This document shows, in pieces, positions 37,482 to 46,780 of a stretch of DNA of 64,000 nucleotides. Numbering within the stretch: position 1 is the first letter of the stretch; each line of letters opens with the position of its first letter. The notes beneath the pieces were generated by a model. It saw nothing but the letters and a program-made list of their open reading frames with translations. It was not told the origin of the DNA and did no database searches. The translations under genes were made by a program, and so were the position numbers. The stretch is from IMG/VR virus record IMGVR_UViG_3300020036_003099, positions 9,614 through 73,613 of that record. One strand, 5' to 3'. Origin of the DNA: a virus. Taxonomy: Duplodnaviria > Caudoviricetes.

Positions 37482-38007
37482 CGACCCTATCTTTGAAACC
37501 TTTAAACCTTTTGATAAAATATCCCGATTATTCGAACAACCCATTTGTGTCACCGAAAAAATCGACGGTACCAACGCAGTGGTTGTCATCTCTGCAGACT
37601 GCACCGAGATCCGCGCTGGCAGCAGAACCAGATGGATTAGTCCTGAGGATGATAACTACGGGTTTGCCAAATGGGTAGAAGCCAACAAGGAAGACTTAAA
37701 GCTACTTGGGCCTGGCTATCATTTCGGTGAATGGTGGGGACAAGGTATCCAACGAGGCTACGGGATGACTAAAAAAGTCTTCTCTCTTTTCAACGTCAAC
37801 AGGTGGGATAACGAATCAAGGCCAGCTTGCTGTGACGTGGTTCCAACAGTTTTCAAGGGGAAAGATTGGCCTGAAGATCCTATCCACAAGAAACTTCCAC
37901 ATTCCCTCGCAGCAGCCAAATACGGCGTAACCTTTGAGGCCACCGAGGGGCTAGTCTATTGGTTCGCTAACGCTAAAATGTATTTCAAAGTTATTTGGGA
38001 TAAATAA
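37441..38007 (+). CDS. RNA ligase, Rnl2-like nucleotidyltransferase domain only
   Basis: Motif I TEKIDGTNA, GSRTR, FGEWWG, FSLFN, EGLV, FKVIWDK. Confidence 0.82.
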   Translation: MQKCKVEEITKLFNDPIFETFKPFDKISRLFEQPICVTEKIDGTNAVVVISADCTEIRAGSRTRWISPEDDNYGFAKWVEANKEDLKLLGPGYHFGEWWGQGIQRGYGMTKKVFSLFNVNRWDNESRPACCDVVPTVFKGKDWPEDPIHKKLPHSLAAAKYGVTFEATEGLVYWFANAKMYFKVIWDK

Positions 38008-38018
38008 AAAACTTACAC

Positions 38019-38046
38019 TTGACTAACCTCGCTACTCCTGTAGAGT
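38019..38046 (+). promoter_or_regulatory. sigma70-type promoter upstream of SSB
   Basis: TTGACT-N16-TAGAGT overlapped by the hairpin GCTACTC-CTGTA-GAGTAGC. Confidence 0.5.
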
Positions 38047-38073
38047 AGCTTTTGTAAACAGAGCACGAAAACA

Positions 38074-38655
38074 TTGTCTGATTTAAACATACAAAAACTA
38101 AAGGGCTTGGCTATGTACCCTAAAATACAAGCCGGAAACTACGACACAAAATACAAAGACACTTGGACTATTGATCTCCTTTTGGACAAAGAAGGTTTGA
38201 AAGTAGCCAAAGCTGAAAAGCTCCGTATCAAGAAGAGTAGCATCAAAGACGGTGAAGCCGTTACAAAATACGCAGGTTTGTTTGATGGTTATGATGGGTC
38301 TTATCTCCGTCTTCAGCGCTCTGTTGTGGACGCGAACGGTGATAACCGTGAACCCCCTAAGCTCATCGATTCAAAGCTCAACCCAATTCCCCCTTCTGTC
38401 AAAATCGGTAACGGTTCTGAAGTAAAAGTGCAGTTCATCGTTAAAGATGACGATGCCGAAACTATTAAAAAGTTCGGTGGTAAAGGTACTTTCCTTTTGG
38501 GCGTTCAAGTTCTTAAACTGGTGGCTTACGAAGGCCGTGCAGGAGATCCTGAGAAAGACTTTGTAGAAGAAGATGGGGAATCACTCGTTTCAAGTTCCGA
38601 TTTCAGTTTCGAACAAGGCGATGCTTTGGACGAAGTATTCGGAGCTCCTGCCTAA
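38074..38655 (+). CDS. ssb: ssDNA-binding protein (T7 gp2.5-like)
   Basis: IGNGSEVKV, LLGVQVLKLVAY, acidic C-terminal tail. Confidence 0.8.
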   Translation: MSDLNIQKLKGLAMYPKIQAGNYDTKYKDTWTIDLLLDKEGLKVAKAEKLRIKKSSIKDGEAVTKYAGLFDGYDGSYLRLQRSVVDANGDNREPPKLIDSKLNPIPPSVKIGNGSEVKVQFIVKDDDAETIKKFGGKGTFLLGVQVLKLVAYEGRAGDPEKDFVEEDGESLVSSSDFSFEQGDALDEVFGAPA

Positions 38656-38670
38656 AGGTTCTACACAGAG

Positions 38671-38712
38671 AAACCCCAGGGGATTTTCTCCTTGGCCCCT
38701 GGGGTTTTCTTT
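38671..38712 (+). terminator. Intrinsic terminator
   Basis: AAACCCCAGGGG/CCCCTGGGGTTT stem followed by TCTTT. Confidence 0.75.
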
Positions 38713-38863
38713 AGATGTCTCGTCCTTGGCCTACTATTGTTTCCTCGCGGCCCACTTACCTAGACGAACATCTGCCTTTAATCCTCACCTGTAGCTCGTG
38801 TGTAGATTGGGCTACAGGCTTTATTTAAAATTAACGCGTCACCCGTAACTTGAGTTCCAAGAT

Positions 38864-39838
38864 TTGTCAAATAAAAAGTGCATAGATACGTTGGTTAAGG
38901 ATATTTATAACCTGTTTTCGCCAGATAACCAAGAACTTTCTCAAGAGTTACTTGATATTTTCGGTGATTCAGTCAAAGACGTGGTAAAAAAGTCGATAGA
39001 AGAGGCTAGAAATGGGTGGGCTAATGAACATGGAGGGCTCAGGCTCTCGTCAATTGGTAAGCCAGACAGACAGCTGTGGTTCGATAACAACCCAGTATCA
39101 CAAACAGGAGATACTTCTGGAGCATCGCAGGCGGTTGCAGAATGCGAACTCACTAAACCTTCAGATCTCCTTAAGTTCCTCTACGGACACATCCTTGAGG
39201 CGTTACTCGTCTACCTTATCAGACAATCAGGGCACACCCTGGACCACGCCCAAGAAGATCTGGAGCTGTGCGGTGTTCCTGGTCACCCTGATGGGGTACT
39301 TGATGGACTTCCAGCAGATATTAAGTCAGCTTCAAACTTTGCTTTCAAAATGAAATTCGCCAATCGGGCGCTCATCAAACCTGGTCCTGAGAATGATTCT
39401 TTCGGTTACGGGTACCAATTAAAGGCTTACAGAGAAGCCCTTCTCGATAAGTACCCACACGAAGATATAGACAAAGAAAACATAGCTTGGGTTGTGTTCA
39501 ACAAAGAAACTGGTGAGATCTGCCTCCTTAAAGCAGATGTCCTAGAGCTACCCCACGGCTCAGCGTCATCTCGTGTAGAGACCGTTAAAAGACTTGTGCA
39601 GCAACCTCAACCTCCTAAAGAGAAATGCTACCCTGATGTTCCTGACGGTAAATCCGGTAACAGAGTTTTAAACAAACTTTGTGGCTGGTGTAAACATAAA
39701 GATCGCTGCTGGGCTGACGCTAACGGCGGTCAAGGGTTAAGAACTTTTGAGTATTCCAGTGGGCCTAAATGGTTCACACAAGTGGTGAAGCAACCACGTG
39801 TAAATGAGTCGAGAGATTATGAGTTTGTCGAAGAGTAA
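38864..39838 (+). CDS. Cas4-like/PD-(D/E)xK exonuclease
   Basis: LRLSSIGKPDRQLW, GHILE, GHPDG, DIKSAS, YQLKAY, CGWC. Confidence 0.85.
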   Translation: MSNKKCIDTLVKDIYNLFSPDNQELSQELLDIFGDSVKDVVKKSIEEARNGWANEHGGLRLSSIGKPDRQLWFDNNPVSQTGDTSGASQAVAECELTKPSDLLKFLYGHILEALLVYLIRQSGHTLDHAQEDLELCGVPGHPDGVLDGLPADIKSASNFAFKMKFANRALIKPGPENDSFGYGYQLKAYREALLDKYPHEDIDKENIAWVVFNKETGEICLLKADVLELPHGSASSRVETVKRLVQQPQPPKEKCYPDVPDGKSGNRVLNKLCGWCKHKDRCWADANGGQGLRTFEYSSGPKWFTQVVKQPRVNESRDYEFVEE

Positions 39839-40343
39839 AAAGAAGCCAGGGCGTAACAGTTTCGAACAAAAAGTTATTCAACAATTAACTGATTACAGGG
39901 TTTCTTTTGCGTACGAACCCATAAAGATCCCTTATGTTACCGAGGCCATGTACCTACCGGATTTTATAGTTAATGGGACGATTATCGTTGAAACAAAAGG
40001 TCACTTTGATAAAGATGATCGTCGGAAAATGCGGGATGTCAAAAGATGCAATCCGAAATTGGATATCCGTTTGGTTTTCCAAAAAGACAATAAAATAAGT
40101 AAAGCAAAAAGAAGTAAAACGTATTCCCAGTGGGCCGCACATCACGGATTCTTATGGGCTATAGGAGAAATACCGGATGAATGGATTGTGGAGTTCAATA
40201 ACGCACCTGCTAAAGCTGCGAAGCTACGTCGTAATGGTTCACGAGATGGCGTTTTCCAACCAGGTAAGGTTCGTAGAGTTGCAGGACCAGGTAAAAAGCT
40301 TGGAAGACCGTTTAAAAATAAAGACCAGGGACCTGGAGTTTGA
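39804..40343 (+). CDS. T7 endonuclease I-like resolvase with basic C-terminal extension
   Basis: RNSFE, YEPIKIPY, YLPDF, ETKGHF, DRRKM, DIRLVFQ, YSQWA. Confidence 0.88.
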   Translation: MSREIMSLSKSKKKPGRNSFEQKVIQQLTDYRVSFAYEPIKIPYVTEAMYLPDFIVNGTIIVETKGHFDKDDRRKMRDVKRCNPKLDIRLVFQKDNKISKAKRSKTYSQWAAHHGFLWAIGEIPDEWIVEFNNAPAKAAKLRRNGSRDGVFQPGKVRRVAGPGKKLGRPFKNKDQGPGV

Positions 40344-40381
40344 CTGTAGCCAGTTGAAGTTAAAGTTGGAAAAACTAGAGA

Positions 40382-41512
40382 ATGAAAGAAAATAAAAGAA
40401 CTATTCTAATCACAGGCGGTGCGGGATTTGTGGGCCATCACGTTGTGGAGCACTTTATGAAGAACACGCTCGATGACATTTTAATTGTTGATTCTTTGAA
40501 CTATTCCGGTACCTTGGATCGCCTAAGGGATATCCGTATGCCCGATGGTCTACCTATTTACCCGTATAATGACCGTATCAAAGTTTTCACTTACGACTTT
40601 ACAAATCCTTGTGAGCCTAACCTGATAAAAGAGTTTAAAGATGTCACTCATATCCTTCACCTTGGGGCTGAAAGTCACGTGGATGGAAGTATCGAAGACC
40701 CAATGCGATTCGTTCGTTCAAATGTTGTCGGTACCGTTAACATGCTTCAGTTGGCCCGCAAACTCGACAATCTTGAGCTTTTCGTCTACTTCTCGACTGA
40801 CGAGGTATTTGGACCCGCCCCTTTAGATTACTACGAAGATAACTTTGACATTTCACGCGGCACAGAGCGCGTAAAGATTTCTTTTAAAGGTTACAAAGAA
40901 GACGATGTACACAACCCTAAGAACCCCTACGCGGCTACCAAGTCAGCTGGCGAACAGATGGTCATCGCGTTCGCTAACACTTACGGTATCCCGTGTATTA
41001 TCACAAGGACCATGAATGTATTTGGCGAACGACAACACCCCGAGAAGTTTATCCCTAAGGTCATCAAAGCGGTCCTTGAGGGTTCTACCGTTCCCATCCA
41101 TGGAACGCCAGATAAGAAACAAGCTGGACTTCGCCATTATATACACGGACGTAATGTAGGTAGTGCACTCCTATTCCTCCTTAATAAACGACCTTATCTT
41201 GCGAAATCGTTTAGAGAAGTATGTGCGTATCACATCGTGGGGGAGATAGAGTTAAATAACATGGAACTGTCCTGTGACATTAACGAAATAATCGAAACTT
41301 TTGATATTCGTAACGATACAAATTATATGAACAACGAGTATAAATCCGAAATGGTTGACTTTCACAGCTCTCGCCCTGGTCACGATTTAAGATACGCCTT
41401 GGACGGATCTAAAATGAAGGGCCTTGGTTGGGAGCCGCCTAAGACTTTTTATCAATCCCTTACGAAAACTGTAGAATGGTATTTGGAGAACCCTAGATGG
41501 CTGACACAATAA
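40382..41512 (+). CDS. NDP-sugar 4,6-dehydratase (RfbB/RmlB-like extended SDR)
   Basis: TGGAGFVG, HLGAESHVD, STDEVFG, YAATK, NVFGERQHPEKFIP, RPGHDLRY. Confidence 0.9.
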   Translation: MKENKRTILITGGAGFVGHHVVEHFMKNTLDDILIVDSLNYSGTLDRLRDIRMPDGLPIYPYNDRIKVFTYDFTNPCEPNLIKEFKDVTHILHLGAESHVDGSIEDPMRFVRSNVVGTVNMLQLARKLDNLELFVYFSTDEVFGPAPLDYYEDNFDISRGTERVKISFKGYKEDDVHNPKNPYAATKSAGEQMVIAFANTYGIPCIITRTMNVFGERQHPEKFIPKVIKAVLEGSTVPIHGTPDKKQAGLRHYIHGRNVGSALLFLLNKRPYLAKSFREVCAYHIVGEIELNNMELSCDINEIIETFDIRNDTNYMNNEYKSEMVDFHSSRPGHDLRYALDGSKMKGLGWEPPKTFYQSLTKTVEWYLENPRWLTQ

Positions 41513-41626
41513 AAGATCTAATCATTGAAAAAGGTATCGAACATATTTTAGCGGCACATTACGAAAACGGCTTGTACGAAGCGCAACTAAAAGAAGTGCT
41601 ATTGAAGGAAATTCAAAAAGGATCTG

Positions 41627-41890
41627 ATGCACATAACAATTGACATAAGTCAAAATCCTTGGGACAATAGACAGGTCTTTCTCACAGTGAGTGAAGACAC
41701 ACGTCTAGCCCTTAAGGATCTCTACGGGATAACCCTGGAAGACCTCATTCACAGTTCCATAACCAAAGAGCTGGGCTATCTGTACGAAGTCTATTTACGT
41801 GGCCAAGAAGAGGCGCTTAGGGACCCCCCTGAGCCGACACATAGCCAGGAACGGTTTATTCACCCGAATACCGATACCCCTGGAACTTAA
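41627..41890 (+). CDS. Hypothetical protein
   Basis: 87 aa. Confidence 0.5.
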   Translation: MHITIDISQNPWDNRQVFLTVSEDTRLALKDLYGITLEDLIHSSITKELGYLYEVYLRGQEEALRDPPEPTHSQERFIHPNTDTPGT

Positions 41891-42134
41891 AAGCTTAGAG
41901 CCTGAGATAATGCTCGGGAGACATGTTATAGACAGAGCTGTACTGGATACCCCTAGGGACCCTGAGGCGCTATCATGGTTTAGCTTAGAAGACGAAGATT
42001 TTTTAACCTTATGCGAAATATCTTACCTGAATCCAGAGGAAGTCATTGAAAAACAAAAAGAAGTTACCCTTAAGCTTATCCGGGGAGCTACCCTAGGAAC
42101 TCTTGTAGAGACCCTTGAACCTCCTTTAAACTAA
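41799..42134 (+). CDS. Hypothetical protein
   Basis: 111 aa. Confidence 0.5.
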   Translation: MAKKRRLGTPLSRHIARNGLFTRIPIPLELKSLEPEIMLGRHVIDRAVLDTPRDPEALSWFSLEDEDFLTLCEISYLNPEEVIEKQKEVTLKLIRGATLGTLVETLEPPLN

Positions 42135-42190
42135 GTCTCTCACACATCGCTCACTAGCTTTGTGAAACCCCATCTCCCCTCCTAAAGGCA

Positions 42191-42229
42191 AACCCCAACA
42201 GACATTCGCTCTTGTTGGGGTCCCTTTTT
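42191..42229 (+). terminator. Intrinsic terminator-like hairpin
   Basis: ACCCCAACAG/CTTGTTGGGGT followed by CCCTTTTT. Confidence 0.55.
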
Positions 42230-42254
42230 CTCGACCTGTACGCAGCTAATACCA

Positions 42255-44075
42255 ATGAAACAACTTTCTCTCTTTCCCGACCTTCTTTACCAACCCTTTC
42301 AAGCCGACTATACCGGTTTCTCTCAATTCAACGGTGAGCCCCGTAGAATCCTCATAAACTTCGAAAGAGATAAGCTTTTAAGCGAAGCCGGTATCGCAAC
42401 TATGAAGGACCGTTATTTGGTCCCTGGAGAGGAATACCCTCAGGAAGCCTTTGCAAGAGCCGCTTGCGCCTTTTCCAGCAGCAACGCTCATGCACAGCGC
42501 CTGTATGACTACGTATCCAAATGCTGGTTTATGTTCGCGACTCCCTTGCTTTCCAACGGGGGAACCGACAGGGGCTTACCTATCAGCTGCTTTTTGAACC
42601 AAACAGATGACTCTATCGTAGGGCTGGGTAACCATTACGCCGAGAACCTGCTTCTAAGCACCTCTGGAGGCGGTATAGGCACTGACTGGAGCCTTGTACG
42701 CTCGGTTAACACAGCGACCTCAAAGGGCAATAAAACGACTGGTATCGTTCCTTTTATCAAAACAGCGGACAGTTTGATCCAAGCCTCCTGGCAAGGGTCT
42801 ACCCGCAGGGGTGCCTTGGCGGTAAACCTTCGTATTGACCACCCAGAGATCGAGGAGTTCATTGAAATCAGGAAGCCTACAGGGGATGCCAACAGACGCT
42901 CCCTCAACGTAAACAACGCTGTGGCCGTTACAGATGTCTTTATGGAGGCTGTGGAGAAGGGTGAGAGATGGGACCTTATAGACCCCCACACGAAGCTTAA
43001 AGTCAAGGACGTGGACGCCAGAGACCTGTGGATGAAGATCCTGGCTACGCGGGTGGCCACAGGGGAGCCTTACATCTTCTTTATCGACGCTGCAAACAGA
43101 GCTTTAAACCCTTCTTTAAAAGTCAAGGGTCACCTAATCAACACAACCAATCTTTGCACCGAGATTATGTTACCTACAAATCCAGACCGTACAGCTGTTT
43201 GTTGTTTATCTTCTGTGAACCTTGAGTATTACGATGACTGGAAAGACCACCCTTACTTCATTCACGACCTGATGGAGATGCTGGATAACGCTTTGGAGGT
43301 TTTCATTAAGAAAGCCCCTGAGGGTATGTGGAGAGCCGTGGAGAGCGCCCGTAACGAGAGATCTGTGGGTTTAGGAGCCATGGGCTTCCATTTGTACCTG
43401 CAGAAAAAAGGCATACCTTTCGAGAGTGGTTTAGCGTCTTCCCGTAACAGGGTTATCTTCTTTGATTTGCAAAGTAAATGTATCTCCGCAAATATAACCC
43501 TAGGAGACCTTAGGGGTAACGCTCCAGATATCGAAGGAACAGGCATGCGCTTTAGCCACATGAACGCTCTAGCACCTAACGCCTCTTCGTCGGTTATCTG
43601 CGCCAACACATCTCCTTCGATTGAACCCTACGCAGCCAACGCGTATACCCTAAAGACATCCTCAGGGGTTTTTCTAATCAAGAACAAAGCTTTTGATAAG
43701 CTGCTAAAAGAAAAATACAAAAAGTCGGAAAAAGAAGTTGACGAAATTTGGAACTCTGTTATTGTCAACGAAGGCTCAGTCCAGCACTTGGATTTTCTTG
43801 AACCTGCAGACAAAGACGTATTTAAAACAGCTAGAGAGATAGACCAACACTGGATTATTGATCACGCTGCATCCAGGCAACCGTATATCGACCAGGGACA
43901 GTCAGTAAACTTATTCTTGTCCCCAACCATCTCCAAATCTGATCTGAGAGCTTTACACAAAGCTGCTTGGACTAAAGGTTTAAAGTCCCTTTACTACGTA
44001 CGTTCGTCCTCGTCCCTAAAAACGGAAACGATCAGTCGCGTTAAAGAAGGTGGTTGCTTATCCTGCGAGGGTTAA
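42255..44075 (+). CDS. nrdA: Ribonucleotide reductase class Ia alpha subunit (no ATP cone)
   Basis: FATPLLSNGG, PISCF, GGIG, TNLCTEI, VCCLSS, APNASSS, IEP, DQGQS, LYYVR, terminal CLSCEG. Confidence 0.95.
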   Translation: MKQLSLFPDLLYQPFQADYTGFSQFNGEPRRILINFERDKLLSEAGIATMKDRYLVPGEEYPQEAFARAACAFSSSNAHAQRLYDYVSKCWFMFATPLLSNGGTDRGLPISCFLNQTDDSIVGLGNHYAENLLLSTSGGGIGTDWSLVRSVNTATSKGNKTTGIVPFIKTADSLIQASWQGSTRRGALAVNLRIDHPEIEEFIEIRKPTGDANRRSLNVNNAVAVTDVFMEAVEKGERWDLIDPHTKLKVKDVDARDLWMKILATRVATGEPYIFFIDAANRALNPSLKVKGHLINTTNLCTEIMLPTNPDRTAVCCLSSVNLEYYDDWKDHPYFIHDLMEMLDNALEVFIKKAPEGMWRAVESARNERSVGLGAMGFHLYLQKKGIPFESGLASSRNRVIFFDLQSKCISANITLGDLRGNAPDIEGTGMRFSHMNALAPNASSSVICANTSPSIEPYAANAYTLKTSSGVFLIKNKAFDKLLKEKYKKSEKEVDEIWNSVIVNEGSVQHLDFLEPADKDVFKTAREIDQHWIIDHAASRQPYIDQGQSVNLFLSPTISKSDLRALHKAAWTKGLKSLYYVRSSSSLKTETISRVKEGGCLSCEG

Positions 44076-44195
44076 TGTCTCCAATCGTAATCACGCTTCT
44101 AATCTTGCTGGCGCTAGCCATCTTAATCGCTTTAACTATTGTAACCAAGGGGGCCATCTGGTCTTGCCTTGCTGATATCCTAGGGTGTTTCTTCA

Positions 44196-44576
44196 GTGAC
44201 TAAACCTTTCAACCTACAGCATGAAGCTTGCGGTAACTTTGTTTACGTAGAGAGAACTTACTGCTCTGTCCTGCACGGGATGCGTGAAATCATCGCCACT
44301 TCTTTTTCAGACAAAGCTTTGGCGCAAGATAGACTAGGTCACTATGAAGTTCCTGTTAATGTTCCTCTTATCCTCTCTTCTTTAATCGAAGAGTTGCAGG
44401 TTTATGGGTCCCGTATGGAAGCCCATTTAAGCGACCAAAGATCTTTTGAGCAAATGAAGAAAGAAGCTAAAGAACTGAAAGAAGAAATTGAGAAGCTGAA
44501 GAAAGAGAAATCAGAAATAACAGGAGAGCCTGAAAGCAAAAGAAGAGGGGGAATATCCGAAGCATGTCTTTATTAG
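44196..44576 (+). CDS. Hypothetical protein
   Basis: 126 aa between nrdA and nrdB. Confidence 0.55.
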   Translation: MTKPFNLQHEACGNFVYVERTYCSVLHGMREIIATSFSDKALAQDRLGHYEVPVNVPLILSSLIEELQVYGSRMEAHLSDQRSFEQMKKEAKELKEEIEKLKKEKSEITGEPESKRRGGISEACLY

Positions 44577-45541
44577 AACAAAGATCTTACTACAAACCCT
44601 TTAGTTATCCTTGGGCCTACGACCTGTACAAAAAACACGAAGCCGCTCACTGGTTAGCTGCTGAAGTAGAAATGAGGGAAGATATTAATGACTGGAACCA
44701 CAAGCTGAGTCCAGGTGAAAGACATCTCCTTACCCAACTCTTTCGTTTCTTCACTCAAGCTGACGTAGACGTTGCTGGTGGCTACAGGAAACTCTTTGGG
44801 CCTACCTTAGGGGGACACCCCGAAGTTGCCATGATGATGTCCTCATTCGGTAACAGAGAGACCGTCCATATAGACGCTTACTCTTTGCTTATTGAAACGG
44901 TAGGGATGCCTGAGGATACGTACCAGGCTTTTACGCTCTTTAAAGAGATGCGAGACAAGCATGAATACGCACACACATTTAACTGCAACACCGTTTACAA
45001 CACCTTAAAGAGCTTGGCTGTTTACGCTGCTTTTACAGAAGGTATGCAGTTGTTCGCTTCCTTCGCTATCCTGATGAACTTTGAAAGGTTCAACAAGATG
45101 AAAGGGATGTGTAACATCGTTCGTTGGTCCATCAAAGATGAATCGATGCACGTAGAAGGCATGACAAAGCTTTTCCAGGAACTCTTAAGGGAACACCCTG
45201 AGATCTCCACGTATGACCTGAAGGAAGACATAAGGGAAATAGCTTTTAAAATGATTGAGATGGAAGATGTCTTTATCGACCTTTGTTTCAAATACGGCGA
45301 GCCTGTTGGTTTAACAGCAGATCAAGTTAAAAAGTACATTCGCTTTATTGCCCAAAAACGCTGGAATCAATTGGGTTTCACTGACATGTTAGGATATTAC
45401 AAGTATAAATCTGAAGGTAACCCCCTTCCTTGGCTTGACTGGGTAGTGAACGGAACCGAACACACAAGTTTCTTTGAGGCTAGACCTACTGATTATTCTA
45501 AGGGGTCCCTAACGGATGACGGAGAAGATTCAGGATGGTAG
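44564..45541 (+). CDS. nrdB: Ribonucleotide reductase class Ia beta subunit
   Basis: YYKPFSYPWAY, FFTQAD, ETVHIDAY, EGMQLF, WSIKDESMH, TSFFE. Confidence 0.95.
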   Translation: MSLLEQRSYYKPFSYPWAYDLYKKHEAAHWLAAEVEMREDINDWNHKLSPGERHLLTQLFRFFTQADVDVAGGYRKLFGPTLGGHPEVAMMMSSFGNRETVHIDAYSLLIETVGMPEDTYQAFTLFKEMRDKHEYAHTFNCNTVYNTLKSLAVYAAFTEGMQLFASFAILMNFERFNKMKGMCNIVRWSIKDESMHVEGMTKLFQELLREHPEISTYDLKEDIREIAFKMIEMEDVFIDLCFKYGEPVGLTADQVKKYIRFIAQKRWNQLGFTDMLGYYKYKSEGNPLPWLDWVVNGTEHTSFFEARPTDYSKGSLTDDGEDSGW

Positions 45542-45713
45542 ACGAATTTGAAAAACTCGTTTCTATGTCTAAGAAATGGTGTGAAGATCACCTGTACAGT
45601 TATAGAGGAATAGTTAATCACGCGCTTACAGGAACGTCTTGTTGGTACGTGAATGAGCACGGAGAAGAGCGGTACACAAACATTGCGTTTGGTGTTCGTG
45701 TGGGTAAGAAATA

Positions 45714-46085
45714 ATGGTAGGACCTCACTGTGATAAGTGCCAGAAACGATACTGGGACTGTAAATGCGAAAAGAAAAATATGATGGACGACGAATACCCT
45801 GTAGACAGACATTTCTACCAGCAAGCTTTAGAGCTTGAAGCGGCTATGAAGGCAGAGACCCCTGACTATATAAATAAACCCCCGCACTACACGAACGAAG
45901 ATGGCTTTCCGCAGGTCATAGACATTCTTGAAAGGTGGTTTCCCAAAGAGCCTCTTCTTTGGCAAGTGGGGAAGTATATAGCCAGATGGGATCGTAAAGA
46001 TACAGCTCTTGAAAATTTGAAAAAAGCCAGGTACTATTTAAACCGTAAAATTAAACAACTGGACCCTAAGGACACTGGACAATGA
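45714..46085 (+). CDS. DUF3310 (SaV-like) protein
   Basis: INKPPHYT...KYIARWDRK...ENLKKARYYL. Confidence 0.8.
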   Translation: MVGPHCDKCQKRYWDCKCEKKNMMDDEYPVDRHFYQQALELEAAMKAETPDYINKPPHYTNEDGFPQVIDILERWFPKEPLLWQVGKYIARWDRKDTALENLKKARYYLNRKIKQLDPKDTGQ

Positions 46086-46480
46086 CTTTAAACGTACGCA
46101 ACAGAATGGCTGTGACCACAAACCCTTTTCAAGGTGACTACAAGAAAGTCCTGTGTGTTTGCTCTGCAGGTCTTCTCAGGTCGCCTACAGCAGCCTTTGT
46201 TCTTTCCAATCCCCCTTTTAATTTCAACACAAGATCTGTAGGAATAACCACAGAGTTTGCTCTCATACCCCTAGATGAAGCCTTGCTTTTCTGGAGTCAA
46301 GAGATTGTTTGTATGGAGAATTGGCAAAAAGAAAGAATTGAGACCCTGTTAAGAGAAGCAAATTTAAAGCGTCCCGTTATCAACTTAAGTATCGATGATC
46401 GTCACAGTTACAGAGATCCTGAGCTGATGCGCTTGGTTCGAGAACAATACGTACTATTAAAAGGCTTACCCAATGAATAA
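46082..46480 (+). CDS. Low-molecular-weight PTP-like phosphatase
   Basis: P-loop CVCSAGLLRSPT; terminal acid loop IDD...YRDPEL. Confidence 0.82.
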   Translation: MTLNVRNRMAVTTNPFQGDYKKVLCVCSAGLLRSPTAAFVLSNPPFNFNTRSVGITTEFALIPLDEALLFWSQEIVCMENWQKERIETLLREANLKRPVINLSIDDRHSYRDPELMRLVREQYVLLKGLPNE

Positions 46481-46712
46481 AAACAATTTAAACGCAGAAG
46501 AAAAAGAACTCCTAACGACACCCATTAGGGTTCTCCTGTCACAAGAAACAGATAACGGAGAAAGAGATCTATCTTTCTTTCACAGAGCCCTACGTATTTG
46601 GGACCGTCTAGCACAAGCCAATTGGGATACCCCTAGGGCTCCCCGTGAAGATTGGCTTTATGAAAGAAATGGGGATGAAACAGGTTCGACCACAGCACCA
46701 TCTAAGCTGTGA
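46473..46712 (+). CDS. Hypothetical protein (3' end overlaps the mini-tmRNA)
   Basis: 79 aa, coupled to the upstream gene. Confidence 0.4.
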   Translation: MNKNNLNAEEKELLTTPIRVLLSQETDNGERDLSFFHRALRIWDRLAQANWDTPRAPREDWLYERNGDETGSTTAPSKL

Positions 46713-46743
46713 CACCACGGGGCAGTGCCGTGCATCTCCACCA
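46671..46743 (+). ncRNA. ssrA: Mini-tmRNA: tRNA-like domain only
   Basis: GGGGATG/CATCTCC-ACCA acceptor stem with G3-U70, D-loop analogue ending UUCGAC, T arm CACGG-GGCAGTG-CCGTG; body replaced by a 6-bp hairpin. Confidence 0.75.
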
Positions 46744-46780
46744 AACTTTATAGTTAATAAAAGGTTAACAAAAAATACTG

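Noticed and set aside
42135-42254. NrdR box upstream of nrdA
   Set aside because: No match to the palindromic NrdR consensus is visible.
46671-46743. Two-piece permuted alphaproteobacterial tmRNA, or an integration-site remnant
   Set aside because: The GGGG end precedes the ACCA end (unpermuted), no tag-coding piece is visible nearby, and there is no integrase. Both ends are present and pair, unlike att fragments.
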